Notes: generated from the sequence alone by a model not told the origin. 64,000 nucleotides of DNA from an uncultured Deferribacteres bacterium (GCA_913009825.1 CAJVYQ010000005.1:25265-89264); one strand, 5' to 3'; numbered from the stretch's first letter, positions 47,896 to 58,514 are shown. Translations and numbers: made by a program.

Positions 47896-48543
47896 TTAAC
47901 GCATATCGATCACTTCAAAATCCGGTTGTTCCGTGTAGCGAAACAAATCTTTTTGGCTTTGGTTCAGCAATTGAATATTCTGAATCAGATAAGTGGTCAC
48001 ATTGTCATTGGCGTCCAGATACGAAACTTTTTGGGTCAGCCAGGTTTTCCGGTTAATCCAGACTTCCAGTTTTTGGATGTACACATCCTCATTTTTCGGC
48101 ATCAAAATCAGATGATAACAGTCATGCTTCTGCACCTTTTCAATCCCGGCGAGGGAAACGCGATAGTCTTTTTCGTAACGGACAAAAAGCTGGCGCGGCA
48201 GCAGCGCATCCTCGCTGTTATCCAGATTGTCGATGATCACCTGCCGGTTCACATTATCGATGGTCCAAACCGTTTTGCCATCGGAGATGATTACTTGTTC
48301 CGGCGTCTGAATCCGAAAAGCGTCTTTCCGGCCGATGTAAATTTTTCCGGTATTTTCCCGGGATTCTCCGGCGATGGCCCATTCGAATGTTTGGACAAAT
48401 TCCGCCGAGATCAGAGTAACCTTATCAATTTTTTTGCGGACTTTTTTAATAATATCCGAAGCAGAAATATCCTCGCCCCTGCTGTTCATGAAAAACAGGA
48501 GTAGCATCAATAAACTCAGGATACTGATTTTTAGTCGATTCAT
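47896..48543 (-). CDS. lolA: Outer membrane lipoprotein carrier LolA family protein
   Basis: SAEFVQT, FRI...EQVIISDGKTVW...QVII; ftsK-lolA synteny. Confidence 0.85.
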   Translation of the reverse strand: MNRLKISILSLLMLLLFFMNSRGEDISASDIIKKVRKKIDKVTLISAEFVQTFEWAIAGESRENTGKIYIGRKDAFRIQTPEQVIISDGKTVWTIDNVNRQVIIDNLDNSEDALLPRQLFVRYEKDYRVSLAGIEKVQKHDCYHLILMPKNEDVYIQKLEVWINRKTWLTQKVSYLDANDNVTTYLIQNIQLLNQSQKDLFRYTEQPDFEVIDMR

Positions 48544-48569
48544 TTTCTTCTCATGTTTGGTTACGGAAA

Positions 48570-50969
48570 CTACAAAATACCCATCTCTTCCAGATCATCC
48601 TCGCTGATCAGGACGTTTCTCGCTTTACTGCCATCGAAAGCGCCGACGAACCCCGCTTGCTCCAGTTCGTCCACAATACGCGCCGCCCGGGCATAACCGA
48701 TTCTCAACCGCCGCTGCAACAGAGAGATGGAACCCTGTTGGTGACGTACAATCAATTTTAAGGCTTCGTAAAACAACGGATCCCGCTGGGCGCTCACTTT
48801 CCGCCCGTCCGGCATTTCAATAACCGTTTCGCTGCCTTTGTCCGGTAATTTATACTCAGGGAACGGTGGCTGGTTCGCAATGGCGTCGATAATTTTTGTA
48901 ATTTCTTCATTGGCAACAAAAGGGCCGTGTAACCGCACCGGCGCCGGCTGTCCCGGCGGCTGAAACAACATATCACCACGCCCCAACAGCTTCTCGGCAC
49001 CATTCACATCTAATACCACGCGGGAATCGGTTTTGGAAAATACGCGAAAAGCGATCCGGCACGGGAAATTTGCCTTGATGGCACCGGTAACCACATCGGT
49101 GGAAGGCCGCTGCGTTGCGACAATCAGATGAATGCCCACGGCGCGGCTTTTGTGCGCCAAACGACCGATCGGTTCCTCCACATCCTGGCCGGAAGCCATT
49201 AACAGATCAGCCAACTCGTCGATGATGACAACAATATAGGGGAATTTTTCAAATTTCCGGCTGGGGAAGCGCTCTTTCAACTCGCCGCTTTCGATCCTGG
49301 CATTGTAATCTTCCAGCGTTCTCACATTTGCCTTGGCAAGCTGGGTGAAACGATTTTCCATCTCCTGCCACACGCGTCCCAAAATAGTGATGGCATTTTC
49401 CGGTGTTGTGATGACATCTTCATTCATCTCCGGAATTGTGATAAGATGGTGGTTTTGTAAATCCGCATATCCGGAAAGTTCCAGCTTTTTCGGATCAATC
49501 AAAATCAACCTTAAATCCTGCGGCGTCATCCTGTAAAGCAGCGAAGCAATGATAGTGTTCAAACAAACACTTTTTCCTGAACCGGTAGATCCGGCCACCA
49601 AAAGATGCGGCATACGCACCAGGTCGGCCAAATATACTTTTCCTGTAGTATCCACACCCAGGGCAATCGGTAATTTGTAGGATGATTTGCGAAATTCTTC
49701 CGAGTCGATCACTCGTTTGAAACTGATCACTTCCTGCTGTTTGTTGGGAATTTCGATACCGACCACTGCCTTGCCGGGGATGGGAGCAATGATACGGATT
49801 TGTTTTGCCTTCATCACCATGGCCAGGTCGTCGGCAATGCCAAAAAATTTACTGATTTTTACGCCCTGGCCAGGTTCCACTTCAAACTGGGTGATTAGCG
49901 GACCGGGATGAATTTGAACCACTTTTGCCTCGATGCCGTAAATTGCCAGCTTTTCTTCCAAGATGCGGGATTCCTGCAACAATTCGCTTTTCAATGTTTC
50001 ACCATCCACCGGCACCGAATCTTGCAGCAACTCCAATCCCGGCAAGTGATATTCGGGGGGAGCTTCTGCAACATCTGCCCGCGGGTGCATTTTTTTAGGC
50101 TCTTCGTTCCCATTTTCTTTTGAATCGAAAGATCCATTCCGTGGCGCGGAGGAAAAATCAAAATCTTCCACCGAAATTTTCTCTCCACTCGCCGGGTTCA
50201 TCTCTTCATCAAAATCAAAGGCGATGCTCTCTTTTTCTGCTTCTGAGCCGGCAGATGGAATTTCCGAAATAACCGGTTGCGCCCATTCTTTTTCTTCTGA
50301 TACAGAACTGATTTTGCGGGAAGATTTCAGAGATTTTTCTTTCGATTTTAAATTTCGCTTCAACCTTTGCCGGCGGTAAAATTTATCCCAGCTTACAAAC
50401 AGTTGATTTTGAAACCGCTTCAACTCTTCCACAAAGCGAATCAACATATCCGTAATAGTTACATCGGTTAACATGAGAAAAGCCAGCAGCATCATGGTGA
50501 ACAGAACGAATACACTGCCGATGGAGCCTAAATATTTGTGCAGAATCTGTGCAAAAAAAAGACCGATGAAGCCGTTGAATTCGTGTGCAAAACGGGTTGC
50601 TTCCTGTAAGATGGTGCGAGGCAGAGCAAAGGCGATAGAAAAACAGAGCGCAAAAAAGAATACATACCCGGTTCGTCTGATAAACAAAAACAAAGAATCC
50701 TTCTTGATCACAACCCAGCCGAGATAAACAACTAAAAAAGGCAGCACAAGCACGGGATAACCGATTGTGTAATTATAGAGATAAAAAGAGAGCCAGGCGC
50801 CGGCCAGTCCCAGCCAGTTTTTTATACCCATACGACTGCTGCTGTTGGGCCAGTCACCGGAATGATAAGAGAGTAAGCTTAGCAGGATCAGAAATCCCAG
50901 GATGATCAGCAATAATCCTAAGAATTCTTCCTTTTTTGCTTTTTGATTTTTTTTCTTCTGAATAGTCAT
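48570..50969 (-). CDS. ftsK: DNA translocase FtsK
   Basis: N-terminal TM segments, PHLLVAGSTGSGKS, IDELADL, ATQRPS, gamma domain LQRRLRIGYARAARI. Confidence 0.96.
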   Translation of the reverse strand: MTIQKKKNQKAKKEEFLGLLLIILGFLILLSLLSYHSGDWPNSSSRMGIKNWLGLAGAWLSFYLYNYTIGYPVLVLPFLVVYLGWVVIKKDSLFLFIRRTGYVFFFALCFSIAFALPRTILQEATRFAHEFNGFIGLFFAQILHKYLGSIGSVFVLFTMMLLAFLMLTDVTITDMLIRFVEELKRFQNQLFVSWDKFYRRQRLKRNLKSKEKSLKSSRKISSVSEEKEWAQPVISEIPSAGSEAEKESIAFDFDEEMNPASGEKISVEDFDFSSAPRNGSFDSKENGNEEPKKMHPRADVAEAPPEYHLPGLELLQDSVPVDGETLKSELLQESRILEEKLAIYGIEAKVVQIHPGPLITQFEVEPGQGVKISKFFGIADDLAMVMKAKQIRIIAPIPGKAVVGIEIPNKQQEVISFKRVIDSEEFRKSSYKLPIALGVDTTGKVYLADLVRMPHLLVAGSTGSGKSVCLNTIIASLLYRMTPQDLRLILIDPKKLELSGYADLQNHHLITIPEMNEDVITTPENAITILGRVWQEMENRFTQLAKANVRTLEDYNARIESGELKERFPSRKFEKFPYIVVIIDELADLLMASGQDVEEPIGRLAHKSRAVGIHLIVATQRPSTDVVTGAIKANFPCRIAFRVFSKTDSRVVLDVNGAEKLLGRGDMLFQPPGQPAPVRLHGPFVANEEITKIIDAIANQPPFPEYKLPDKGSETVIEMPDGRKVSAQRDPLFYEALKLIVRHQQGSISLLQRRLRIGYARAARIVDELEQAGFVGAFDGSKARNVLISEDDLEEMGIL

Positions 50970-50973
50970 TCAA

Positions 50974-52059
50974 TTAATTATCAGGTTTGTAAAAAGGGGT
51001 TTCCACAACGGTTGCCGTTTCCAAATTCTTCCGAATTTTTACACCGAAAGTAGCGCCAACATCTGCAAACCGGGTTTCCACGTAGCCGATGCCGATCCCC
51101 GCGTTCAGCATGGGTGAAAATGTGCCGCTTGTCACCATACCGATCTCACGGCCATTTTTAAAAATTGGATATTCATGCCGCGGAAATGCCCGGCTATTCA
51201 TCTGAAACCCGATCAACTTCCTTTTCAATTCTTCTTCTTTCACTTTCAGCAACACATCCCTGCCGATAAAATCACCTTTTTTCAATTTAGTTATCCAACC
51301 CAGGCCCGCTTCCAGGGGATTGGTGGTTTGATCGATATCGTTGCCGTACAGACAGTACTTCATCTCCAGCCGCAGGGTATCCCTGGCGCCCAGTCCGACC
51401 GGTTCAATTTCGTATCCTTTGCCTGTCGATAGAATGGTCTGCCACAGTTTCACACCGTATTGATTATCCATATATAATTCGAACCCCAATTCGCCGGTGT
51501 AGCCTGTGCGGGAGATGGTCATTTGAGCGCCATTAACAGCACCGTGAGTAAAATGATAAAACTTAATTACCGACAGATCTGTATCGGTCAGTTTTTGCAA
51601 TAATTCACGGGATTTGGGTCCCTGCACTGCCAACAAGGTAGTAGCATCGGAAATATTTTTCATATTTACACCGGCCGGTTTATGTTCGGCAAGCCAATCC
51701 CAGTCTTTCTGTAAATTGGAGGCATTGACTACCATCATAAAATGATCGTCGTAACGATAGAGCAGAAGATCGTCCACAATTCCGCCGTCATCATAACATA
51801 AAACAGAATATTGCACCTGACCGACGGTAAGTTTTTTCACATTATTAACAGTCATTTTTTGCAGAAAGTCCTCTGCACCGGAGCCGGAGAACAGGAATTC
51901 ACCCATGTGTGAGACATCAAAAATGCCAACCGTAGTACGCACTCTCCTGTGTTCCTGCATGATACCGGCGTACTGAATGGGCATCAGATAACCGGCAAAC
52001 TCCACAATTTTTGCGCCTAAGTTCACGTGTTCATCGTACAGTACAGTTTTTTTTGCCAT
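50974..52059 (-). CDS. gcvT: Glycine cleavage system aminomethyltransferase T
   Basis: FDVSHMG, SRTGYTGELGFE, GLGARDTLRLE. Confidence 0.96.
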   Translation of the reverse strand: MAKKTVLYDEHVNLGAKIVEFAGYLMPIQYAGIMQEHRRVRTTVGIFDVSHMGEFLFSGSGAEDFLQKMTVNNVKKLTVGQVQYSVLCYDDGGIVDDLLLYRYDDHFMMVVNASNLQKDWDWLAEHKPAGVNMKNISDATTLLAVQGPKSRELLQKLTDTDLSVIKFYHFTHGAVNGAQMTISRTGYTGELGFELYMDNQYGVKLWQTILSTGKGYEIEPVGLGARDTLRLEMKYCLYGNDIDQTTNPLEAGLGWITKLKKGDFIGRDVLLKVKEEELKRKLIGFQMNSRAFPRHEYPIFKNGREIGMVTSGTFSPMLNAGIGIGYVETRFADVGATFGVKIRKNLETATVVETPFYKPDN

Positions 52060-52477
52060 TGTAACCCTCTTTCATGCGGCACAAGTTTTTGTTTGGGATA
52101 GAAACAATTAAAAATACGAAATTTCACTATTTAATGCCAAAGATATTCTCGGGAAAATAAAAAAGTACACCACATTCAGCGAAGTTAAAACAGACGGCAT
52201 AAAAATGCAGCAAACGCAAAAGCGCAGAGATTGAACCGTTTTCTCCCTGCGCTCCCGCTATCTATTTTGGCCCGAATCGAGTGATTCCCTTGTTTTTGAG
52301 CTTGTTTTTGTTACCAACCGGATTTTTATTTTTAATGTAAATCCGGTTGGCGATTCAGCGAATCGCCCTACAATCGCTCAATTAAGGTTTGAGTAAGAGT
52401 AATTTCCGGGCAGCAGAACATACCGGTAAAGAACAAGATTTTGTCACTTTGTTCCCTGCGGTTACACGAAACGTAAA

Positions 52478-53653
52478 TTACAATTTTTTGATACTCGTTG
52501 CCATTCTTCTCAGCGCCTCCTGAATATTCTCAACCGAATTGGCGTAAGAGAAACGCAGATAGCCTTCACCGTACCCGCCGAAGGCGGTTCCGGAAAGAGC
52601 AGCCACACCGGCCTCATTGAGAAAATAACCGGCTAGCTGCCGTGTATCCATGCCGGTTTTTTTCACCAGTTCGGTCACATTGGGAAAGACATAAAAAGCG
52701 CCGCGGGGCCGGAGACAGGTGATGCCGTCGATAGCATTCAATCCATCGACAATCACATCCCGGCGCCGCTTGAATTCCGCTACCATCGCTTGCGATTCGT
52801 CTTGCGGACCGGTTAATGCGGCAATACCGCCATACTGGATAAAACTATTTGGACAGGAGTTACTGTTTACCTGCAACTGTGCCACTTTTTCCGCCAATTC
52901 AGCAGGCATCACACCGTATCCCAAACGCCAGCCGGTCATCGCGTAGGTTTTGGAAAAACCGTGCAAAATAATGGTTTTTTCCTGCATACCCGGAAAAGAA
53001 GCAATGCTGAGATGTTCTCCCTCATAAAGGATGAATTCGTACACCTCATCTGAAAGAATCATAATATCACGATCTTTCACTAACCCGACAATCCCTTCCA
53101 GATCGCTCTTTGACAGCACACCGCCGGTTGGATTTTGTGGTGAATTGAGGATGATCATTTTTGTCTTGCCGGTGATGAGCTGTTTCAGATCGTTGATATC
53201 AAAACTAAACTCTTTCTCTTCTTTCAACGGTAAAGGAACCGCTTTGGCGCCGACAAATTCGATCACCGATTCATAAATGGGGAAACCGGGATTGGGATAA
53301 ATCACTTCATCGCCTTCGTTCACCAGGGCCAAAATGGAAAAAAATATGATCGGCTTCGCGCCAGGGGTAACGACCACCTGATCGGGAGTAAATTCAAGGC
53401 TGCGCGACCGGCCGGTGACTTTGGCAATCACCGAGCGGAGTTCAAGAGAACCCGGCGCGGGGCCGTAATGAGTTTGTCCGTTGCACAGCGCCTGAATGGC
53501 AGCATCGGAAATATTTTTAGGAGTGAGAAAATCAGGTTCACCCAACTCGAGGTGAACAATATTCTTCCCCTTCGCTTCCAATGCTTTTGCTTTTGCTAAA
53601 ACTTCAAAAGCGGTTTCCGTGCCTAAACGACTCATTCTTTCGGCTAATTTCAT
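52478..53653 (-). CDS. PLP-dependent class I/II (aspartate-type) aminotransferase
   Basis: GEPDF, NSPQNPTG, SDEVY, GFSKTYAMTGWRLG. Confidence 0.93.
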   Translation of the reverse strand: MKLAERMSRLGTETAFEVLAKAKALEAKGKNIVHLELGEPDFLTPKNISDAAIQALCNGQTHYGPAPGSLELRSVIAKVTGRSRSLEFTPDQVVVTPGAKPIIFFSILALVNEGDEVIYPNPGFPIYESVIEFVGAKAVPLPLKEEKEFSFDINDLKQLITGKTKMIILNSPQNPTGGVLSKSDLEGIVGLVKDRDIMILSDEVYEFILYEGEHLSIASFPGMQEKTIILHGFSKTYAMTGWRLGYGVMPAELAEKVAQLQVNSNSCPNSFIQYGGIAALTGPQDESQAMVAEFKRRRDVIVDGLNAIDGITCLRPRGAFYVFPNVTELVKKTGMDTRQLAGYFLNEAGVAALSGTAFGGYGEGYLRFSYANSVENIQEALRRMATSIKKL

Positions 53654-53687
53654 TCAGTATCTCCTTTCATTCAATTTAAGTTCTTCT

Positions 53688-53843
53688 GTAACTACTCAGG
53701 TGTGCTCCATGAATTAATTGTAATCACGCTTCGAATCCGCTCAGCATGGCTATTTTAGCCGGCCTGAGCCCTTCGTCAAGCTCAGGATAAACTCAGTCGA
53801 AGGTTTCCTGCATATCAAAATACAAGCACAACTGAATAGTTAC
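53688..53843. mobile_element. MITE GTAACTACTCAG...CTGAATAGTTAC with REP-like core (cccttcgtcaagctcagg)
   Basis: TIRs; reference copy without the mini-palindrome. Confidence 0.8.
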
Positions 53844-53847
53844 GTTT

Positions 53848-54456
53848 TTAGTATTCAATAGATTCTGCTTTACTCTTCAACCAGATATCCCGAATTCCTG
53901 GAATATGTTTAATCAGAATCAAGATACAAATGATTGAAACGGGAATTGCCAACCGGTTTGCAACAAAAAGTGCGCCCGGCCACCAAATAAAAATAAACAG
54001 CGCGCTTGTCACCAGAACACTGGCGTAAATTACTTTTCTCAGGATTGAATAAACCAATGCCCACAAAACCAGCCAAACCCCTGCCAAAGACGGAGCGAGA
54101 AGAACCATCACACCGGCGCCGGTTGCCAAACCACGCCCGCCATGGAATTTCAACCAAACCGGATAATTGTGCCCCAATACAGCAAGTACAGCCGCAGCGC
54201 CAATCATGAACGGATCAGCGGAGAAAAACTGCCGCGCCAGACCGGCCGCCAACAGTCCTTTTGAAAAATCCATGAGCAGCACCAGGACAGACAAGGGTTT
54301 GGAACGGGTGGTGCGAAACACATTCATCGTTCCCACATTGCCGCTGCCATCAGTCGTTACATCCCGGTGGTAACGCCATTTAACCAGAAGATAAGCAGAT
54401 GGGATGGAACCGAGCAGATAGGCCGGGAGAAGGGCGATACTATTTTCGAGCCACAT
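53848..54456 (-). CDS. plsY: Glycerol-3-phosphate acyltransferase PlsY
   Basis: YLLGSIP, GSGNVGTMN, DFSKG, GHNYP, GGRGLAT; start moved to 54456. Confidence 0.9.
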   Translation of the reverse strand: MWLENSIALLPAYLLGSIPSAYLLVKWRYHRDVTTDGSGNVGTMNVFRTTRSKPLSVLVLLMDFSKGLLAAGLARQFFSADPFMIGAAAVLAVLGHNYPVWLKFHGGRGLATGAGVMVLLAPSLAGVWLVLWALVYSILRKVIYASVLVTSALFIFIWWPGALFVANRLAIPVSIICILILIKHIPGIRDIWLKSKAESIEY

Positions 54457-54663
54457 TCTGTTTTTCCCTTCATAAATTCCGGTTAACTTAAAAAAGTAAA
54501 TAAATATCGCAGGATAATCAAGCAGATTTTTCAAATATTCAGGATAAGTATTATTTTTTTCAATAACCTGAATTGAAGGGTAAAGAGGGAGCCGGTCTTC
54601 AAAACCATGAAACAGGAATTGCCGGTTGCAGCGAAAATATATTTTTGCTACATTGAACAAACT

Positions 54664-54866
54664 GTAACACTTTAGTTCTCTGAAAAAATCTATCAAGCAC
54701 CCATTTAAAGTGCATGCTTCATAATTGGTGGTAAGCAACCTCTCCTGGCTCCTCACTTCGGCAGACTCAGTACAGACCTTGCAGCAAAGGAGGGGAAATT
54801 CCTCCCCTTTATAAGAGGAGGTCAGAAGGGGTTGAATCCCATATTTTCAACGGACTAAAATATTAC
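54664..54866. mobile_element. MITE GTAACACTTTAG...CTAAAATATTAC
   Basis: TIR family shared with 42590; 7/8 TSD match AACAAACT/AACAAATT. Confidence 0.7.
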
Positions 54867-54895
54867 AACAAATTTAATTTTCCGGAGAATGTGCA

Positions 54896-55987
54896 ATGCT
54901 AAAGGACAAAATAAAGCAACGTGCCGAGCTGGTTCCATTATGCCGCACATGGCGAAGCGAAAAACGAGTGATAGGCTTTACTTCCGGCGCTTTTGATCTG
55001 CTGCATGCCGGACATGTGGAATACCTGGAAAAGGCCCGGCAGCAATGTGACATTCTCATTGTCGGCCTCAACAGCGATGCTTCCGTGCGGCGTTACAAAG
55101 GCAAAAATCGTCCCGTCATTCCTGAACATGAGCGCATAAAAATTGTGGCTGCATTGGCGTCGGTAGATTATGTCTATGGTTTCAACGAAAGAAGAAACCG
55201 AAAAAATATTGAGCAACTGAAACCGGACATCTATATCAAAGCCGGTGATTACACCGTCGATCAATTAACTTCGCAGGAGTTCGTCACCGCTTATGGTGGG
55301 AAAGCGGTTTTAATTCCCATCGAATCGGATACCTCCACAAGTAAAATTATCGAAAAGATCCGGGCCGATAAAACCGGTTCATTTCAGTCTGTTCAGTTCG
55401 AAAATCAGATTCATTTTCTCCGGCACGAAAGTAAATCCAAACCGGCTGTTTTTGTAGACCGAGACGGCACAATTAATATGGACACGGAATATCTCCACGA
55501 ACCGGAAAAATTCCAATTGCTGCCGGGTGTGCTGCCCGGACTGAAAAAAATGCAGGATATGGGTTTCCGTTTAATCATAGTCACCAATCAGGCGGGTATC
55601 GGTTTGGGATATTTTACAAAAGAGGATTTCTACCGGGTGAACCGGCGGATGTTTCAACTCTTAGCGGAACAGAATATACAAATTGATAAAATTTATTTTT
55701 GTCCCCACAGCATCGCGGAAAACTGCAACTGCCGGAAGCCAAAAACAGGGCTCATCGAGCAGGCACAGCGGGATTTGAATATAGACATGGCGCACAGTTT
55801 TATGATCGGCGACACCACCATCGACTTACAAACCGGTAAAAACGCAGGATTAAAAACCGTTTTGGTAGAAACAGGCAAAGGCGGCAAAGACGGAAAATAC
55901 CCGGTACATGCGGATTTCATTGCAAAAAACCTCTTGTTTGCGGCGGATTGGATCCTTGCGCTGGAAAGAGAAACAAAGGAAAAATAA
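54896..55987 (+). CDS. Fused RfaE-II/HldC-type nucleotidyltransferase and GmhB heptose-bisphosphate phosphatase
   Basis: GAFDLLHAGH, VGLNSDASV, KAGDY, STSKII; then FVDRDGTIN, VTNQAGI, CPH...CNCRKP, MIGD. Confidence 0.9.
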   Translation: MLKDKIKQRAELVPLCRTWRSEKRVIGFTSGAFDLLHAGHVEYLEKARQQCDILIVGLNSDASVRRYKGKNRPVIPEHERIKIVAALASVDYVYGFNERRNRKNIEQLKPDIYIKAGDYTVDQLTSQEFVTAYGGKAVLIPIESDTSTSKIIEKIRADKTGSFQSVQFENQIHFLRHESKSKPAVFVDRDGTINMDTEYLHEPEKFQLLPGVLPGLKKMQDMGFRLIIVTNQAGIGLGYFTKEDFYRVNRRMFQLLAEQNIQIDKIYFCPHSIAENCNCRKPKTGLIEQAQRDLNIDMAHSFMIGDTTIDLQTGKNAGLKTVLVETGKGGKDGKYPVHADFIAKNLLFAADWILALERETKEK

Positions 55988-56019
55988 AAGCAGATAATTG
56001 GTACTGTAAAATCCTCAAA

Positions 56020-56066
56020 GAGACAAAATGCAGGAGATTCCCCGTCGCTCCGCTCGCTCGGAATGA
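56020..56066. repeat. REP-like half element (GAGATTC...CGCTCGGAATGA)
   Basis: Related to the GTCATTC...GGAATGAC palindromes at ~5224-5305 and in the 20405/30078 MITEs. Confidence 0.45.
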
Positions 56067-56100
56067 TAAACAAGGATCGGTTTGCTTTATCGGGATTCTT

Positions 56101-57108
56101 TCAACCCAAAATACTGCGGATCGATTTTTCGTTGAGTAAACTGCGGGCGTGGAAAAGAGTGGCGCTGTGAATACCCAAAGGCTGAATTCGCTCAATTAGA
56201 GCAGGCAGGCTGTCGCCGCTCTCTTTTCTGCGATCCCACTTGATAGACGATACCTGAAAAGACGGAATGACCGGCAATTTTTGGCGCTTCAACAATTCAA
56301 CCAAATAAGCGATGCTGTCGTCATGATGCCAGTCCAATAATTTCTCATAAATCAGGGGGCTGAAGAAATGGGCGTTTTTCTGCAACAGATGCACATCCTG
56401 CCCCAACCACTCACTGCACATTTCATTTCCGTCATCAGAAACCAACGGCAAAAGCTGCACCCCAACCTGCGTTTTTTTGAATAGTTTCTGTATTTGTCCA
56501 CTGATCTCCGCCAGCCAACCGGAAATAATTTCACCTTGCCATTTTCGCCAATCGGCCGGTTTGGCGGCGCCAAAATTTATGTTTGTGTCCGCTTCAAATT
56601 TTAACCGGCAACGCTCACAATAACAAAAAGGCGGCCACTGGTGCGGATCGATTACATTGCCCCATTCTTCCCAAAAATAGGGTGTGCGCGCATAATCCAG
56701 TATGACTGCATGAGCCGGTAAATTGACTAATGAACGGGCAATCACATCACCAAGAAAAGAGCGGTATTGGTCATCTGTAGGACAAATTGGCGCAAACCAT
56801 CCCGGAAAGGAAAAATCCTCACCGGTGCGATGAACCGGATGAGATTCGGGATGACGGAAATAAAAAACGGAATTATTCAAAACAGGAAAAATGAGCCAGG
56901 ATTCCATCTCCCGGTCCCTGATTTTGCCGATCAGCGTTTGTACCTGGTCAAATAGACCACTCAACTGATCATTCAGGCTAACAGGAATAATGAGTCCGCC
57001 GATGCCTGAATTATGCCAGAGAGAGAGCAAACGATCCCAGCTAAAATTGGGCGCCCAACGGTTTGATTCAATGCCCGGAATTTTGACCATCCAATTCATC
57101 ATAAACAA
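56101..57108 (-). CDS. Hypothetical protein, possibly a glycoside-hydrolase-like TIM barrel
   Basis: ICPTD, LDYAR, FCYCERCRLKF, W..W, GQD, SPLIY. Confidence 0.6.
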   Translation of the reverse strand: MFMMNWMVKIPGIESNRWAPNFSWDRLLSLWHNSGIGGLIIPVSLNDQLSGLFDQVQTLIGKIRDREMESWLIFPVLNNSVFYFRHPESHPVHRTGEDFSFPGWFAPICPTDDQYRSFLGDVIARSLVNLPAHAVILDYARTPYFWEEWGNVIDPHQWPPFCYCERCRLKFEADTNINFGAAKPADWRKWQGEIISGWLAEISGQIQKLFKKTQVGVQLLPLVSDDGNEMCSEWLGQDVHLLQKNAHFFSPLIYEKLLDWHHDDSIAYLVELLKRQKLPVIPSFQVSSIKWDRRKESGDSLPALIERIQPLGIHSATLFHARSLLNEKSIRSILG

Positions 57109-57119
57109 ACGATTCAGGG

Positions 57120-58385
57120 TTATTTTACGAAAGCTTTGCGATATTTTCGCGTATCGATGAACGGCGGTTCAAACAGATCTTCCAGCACAAGTCCTACCGC
57201 TCCCTTCATGCCGCTCTCTTTTTTGGTAACCGACGACTGTATTTTTACTTTGGCGGCGGGAAGATGCAAGATATTTTTTTGCACCCGTTGTTTGATCAGA
57301 TCCAACAACCAGTTGCTATGTTCGAAAATCTCGCCGTTAAAAACAACTAATTCAGGATTCAGGTAATTAATTAAATTGATACTTAAAATACTGAGCAAAT
57401 GCGCATATTCTGCCAATATTTTGCGGCAAAGATCGTCACCCTTCACCGCCGCCTGAAGAATATCCGTTATCTGCAGCGGGACATCCTGCGCCGCCAGGGT
57501 GGTTTCATACCCGTTATAAACCGCAATTTCAAAAGAATGAAGCAGGTTGTGATAAGATAAGACATCGCCAAAATACTGTTGCCCGTGAAACAGGAGAGGA
57601 AATTTTTCTTTTTCTTTCAGAAAATAGCCGAGTTCGTCGTAACCGATTTCTCCGGCGCTGTAGGTAATCCCCCGGTGAATCTTCCCATCGATAATGAAGC
57701 CGGCGCCAATCCCCTCTCCCACGCCGATGAAGATCATATTGTTCATCTGTCTCTTTTGGCCAAACACAAATTCGCCGATGGCAGCCATTTTGATATCATT
57801 GTCCACATACACATAGGAGCTGCAACACTTTTTGAATATTTCCTTTAATTCAAGCCCCCGCCAGGGTTTTACGCTATGGGCTTCCGTTAAAACTCCCCGC
57901 TTTACATCGACCAGGCCGGGAATACCAATACCGATGCCGAATAATTGTTCAGGACGGATTTTTTCTTTGCCGATCAGACGATGGATGGCATCCACAACCT
58001 GTTGAATTAATTTTTCCCCTTCCTGATCTGCAGAAAAGCTTTTCCGGCAAATAGACAAAATGTTTGCGTAGAGATCGCAAACCGCTACACGAAAATGTGA
58101 TTTGCGTAATTCTACACCGATGATATAGCCGGCCTTTTCATTAAAAGAAAGCATAACCGGCTTGCGGCCGCCTTTGTCGGAAGATACGCCCGGACCAATT
58201 TCCCGGATGAAATCCCGCTTAATCAGGCGGGAGACAATATCTGAAACCGCAGCTCTGGAGATATTGTAGCGCCGCGACAACTCCGCCCGGGAGATAGGCC
58301 CCTCTTCTTTGATCAATTTCAAAATATAAATTTCGTTGATATCCCTCAGAAGCGTGATGTTTTTTTCCAGATCATGAATCGGCAT
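57120..58385 (-). CDS. ROK-family transcriptional regulator
   Basis: HTH ISRAELS, GGRKP, GIGIPG, DND, GEGIGAG, AGEIG. Confidence 0.92.
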   Translation of the reverse strand: MPIHDLEKNITLLRDINEIYILKLIKEEGPISRAELSRRYNISRAAVSDIVSRLIKRDFIREIGPGVSSDKGGRKPVMLSFNEKAGYIIGVELRKSHFRVAVCDLYANILSICRKSFSADQEGEKLIQQVVDAIHRLIGKEKIRPEQLFGIGIGIPGLVDVKRGVLTEAHSVKPWRGLELKEIFKKCCSSYVYVDNDIKMAAIGEFVFGQKRQMNNMIFIGVGEGIGAGFIIDGKIHRGITYSAGEIGYDELGYFLKEKEKFPLLFHGQQYFGDVLSYHNLLHSFEIAVYNGYETTLAAQDVPLQITDILQAAVKGDDLCRKILAEYAHLLSILSINLINYLNPELVVFNGEIFEHSNWLLDLIKQRVQKNILHLPAAKVKIQSSVTKKESGMKGAVGLVLEDLFEPPFIDTRKYRKAFVK

Positions 58386-58514
58386 TTTTTGTCTTTTTCA
58401 TTAAACAGGGCGCAATATTTTGTTATTTTTGTAAGATAAACAAACTAATTGTAAGTAAAAATTGCTACAGTGTCAAGTTAAAAATAGATTCGTAGAGAAA
58501 TGTGCGGAAGAGGC

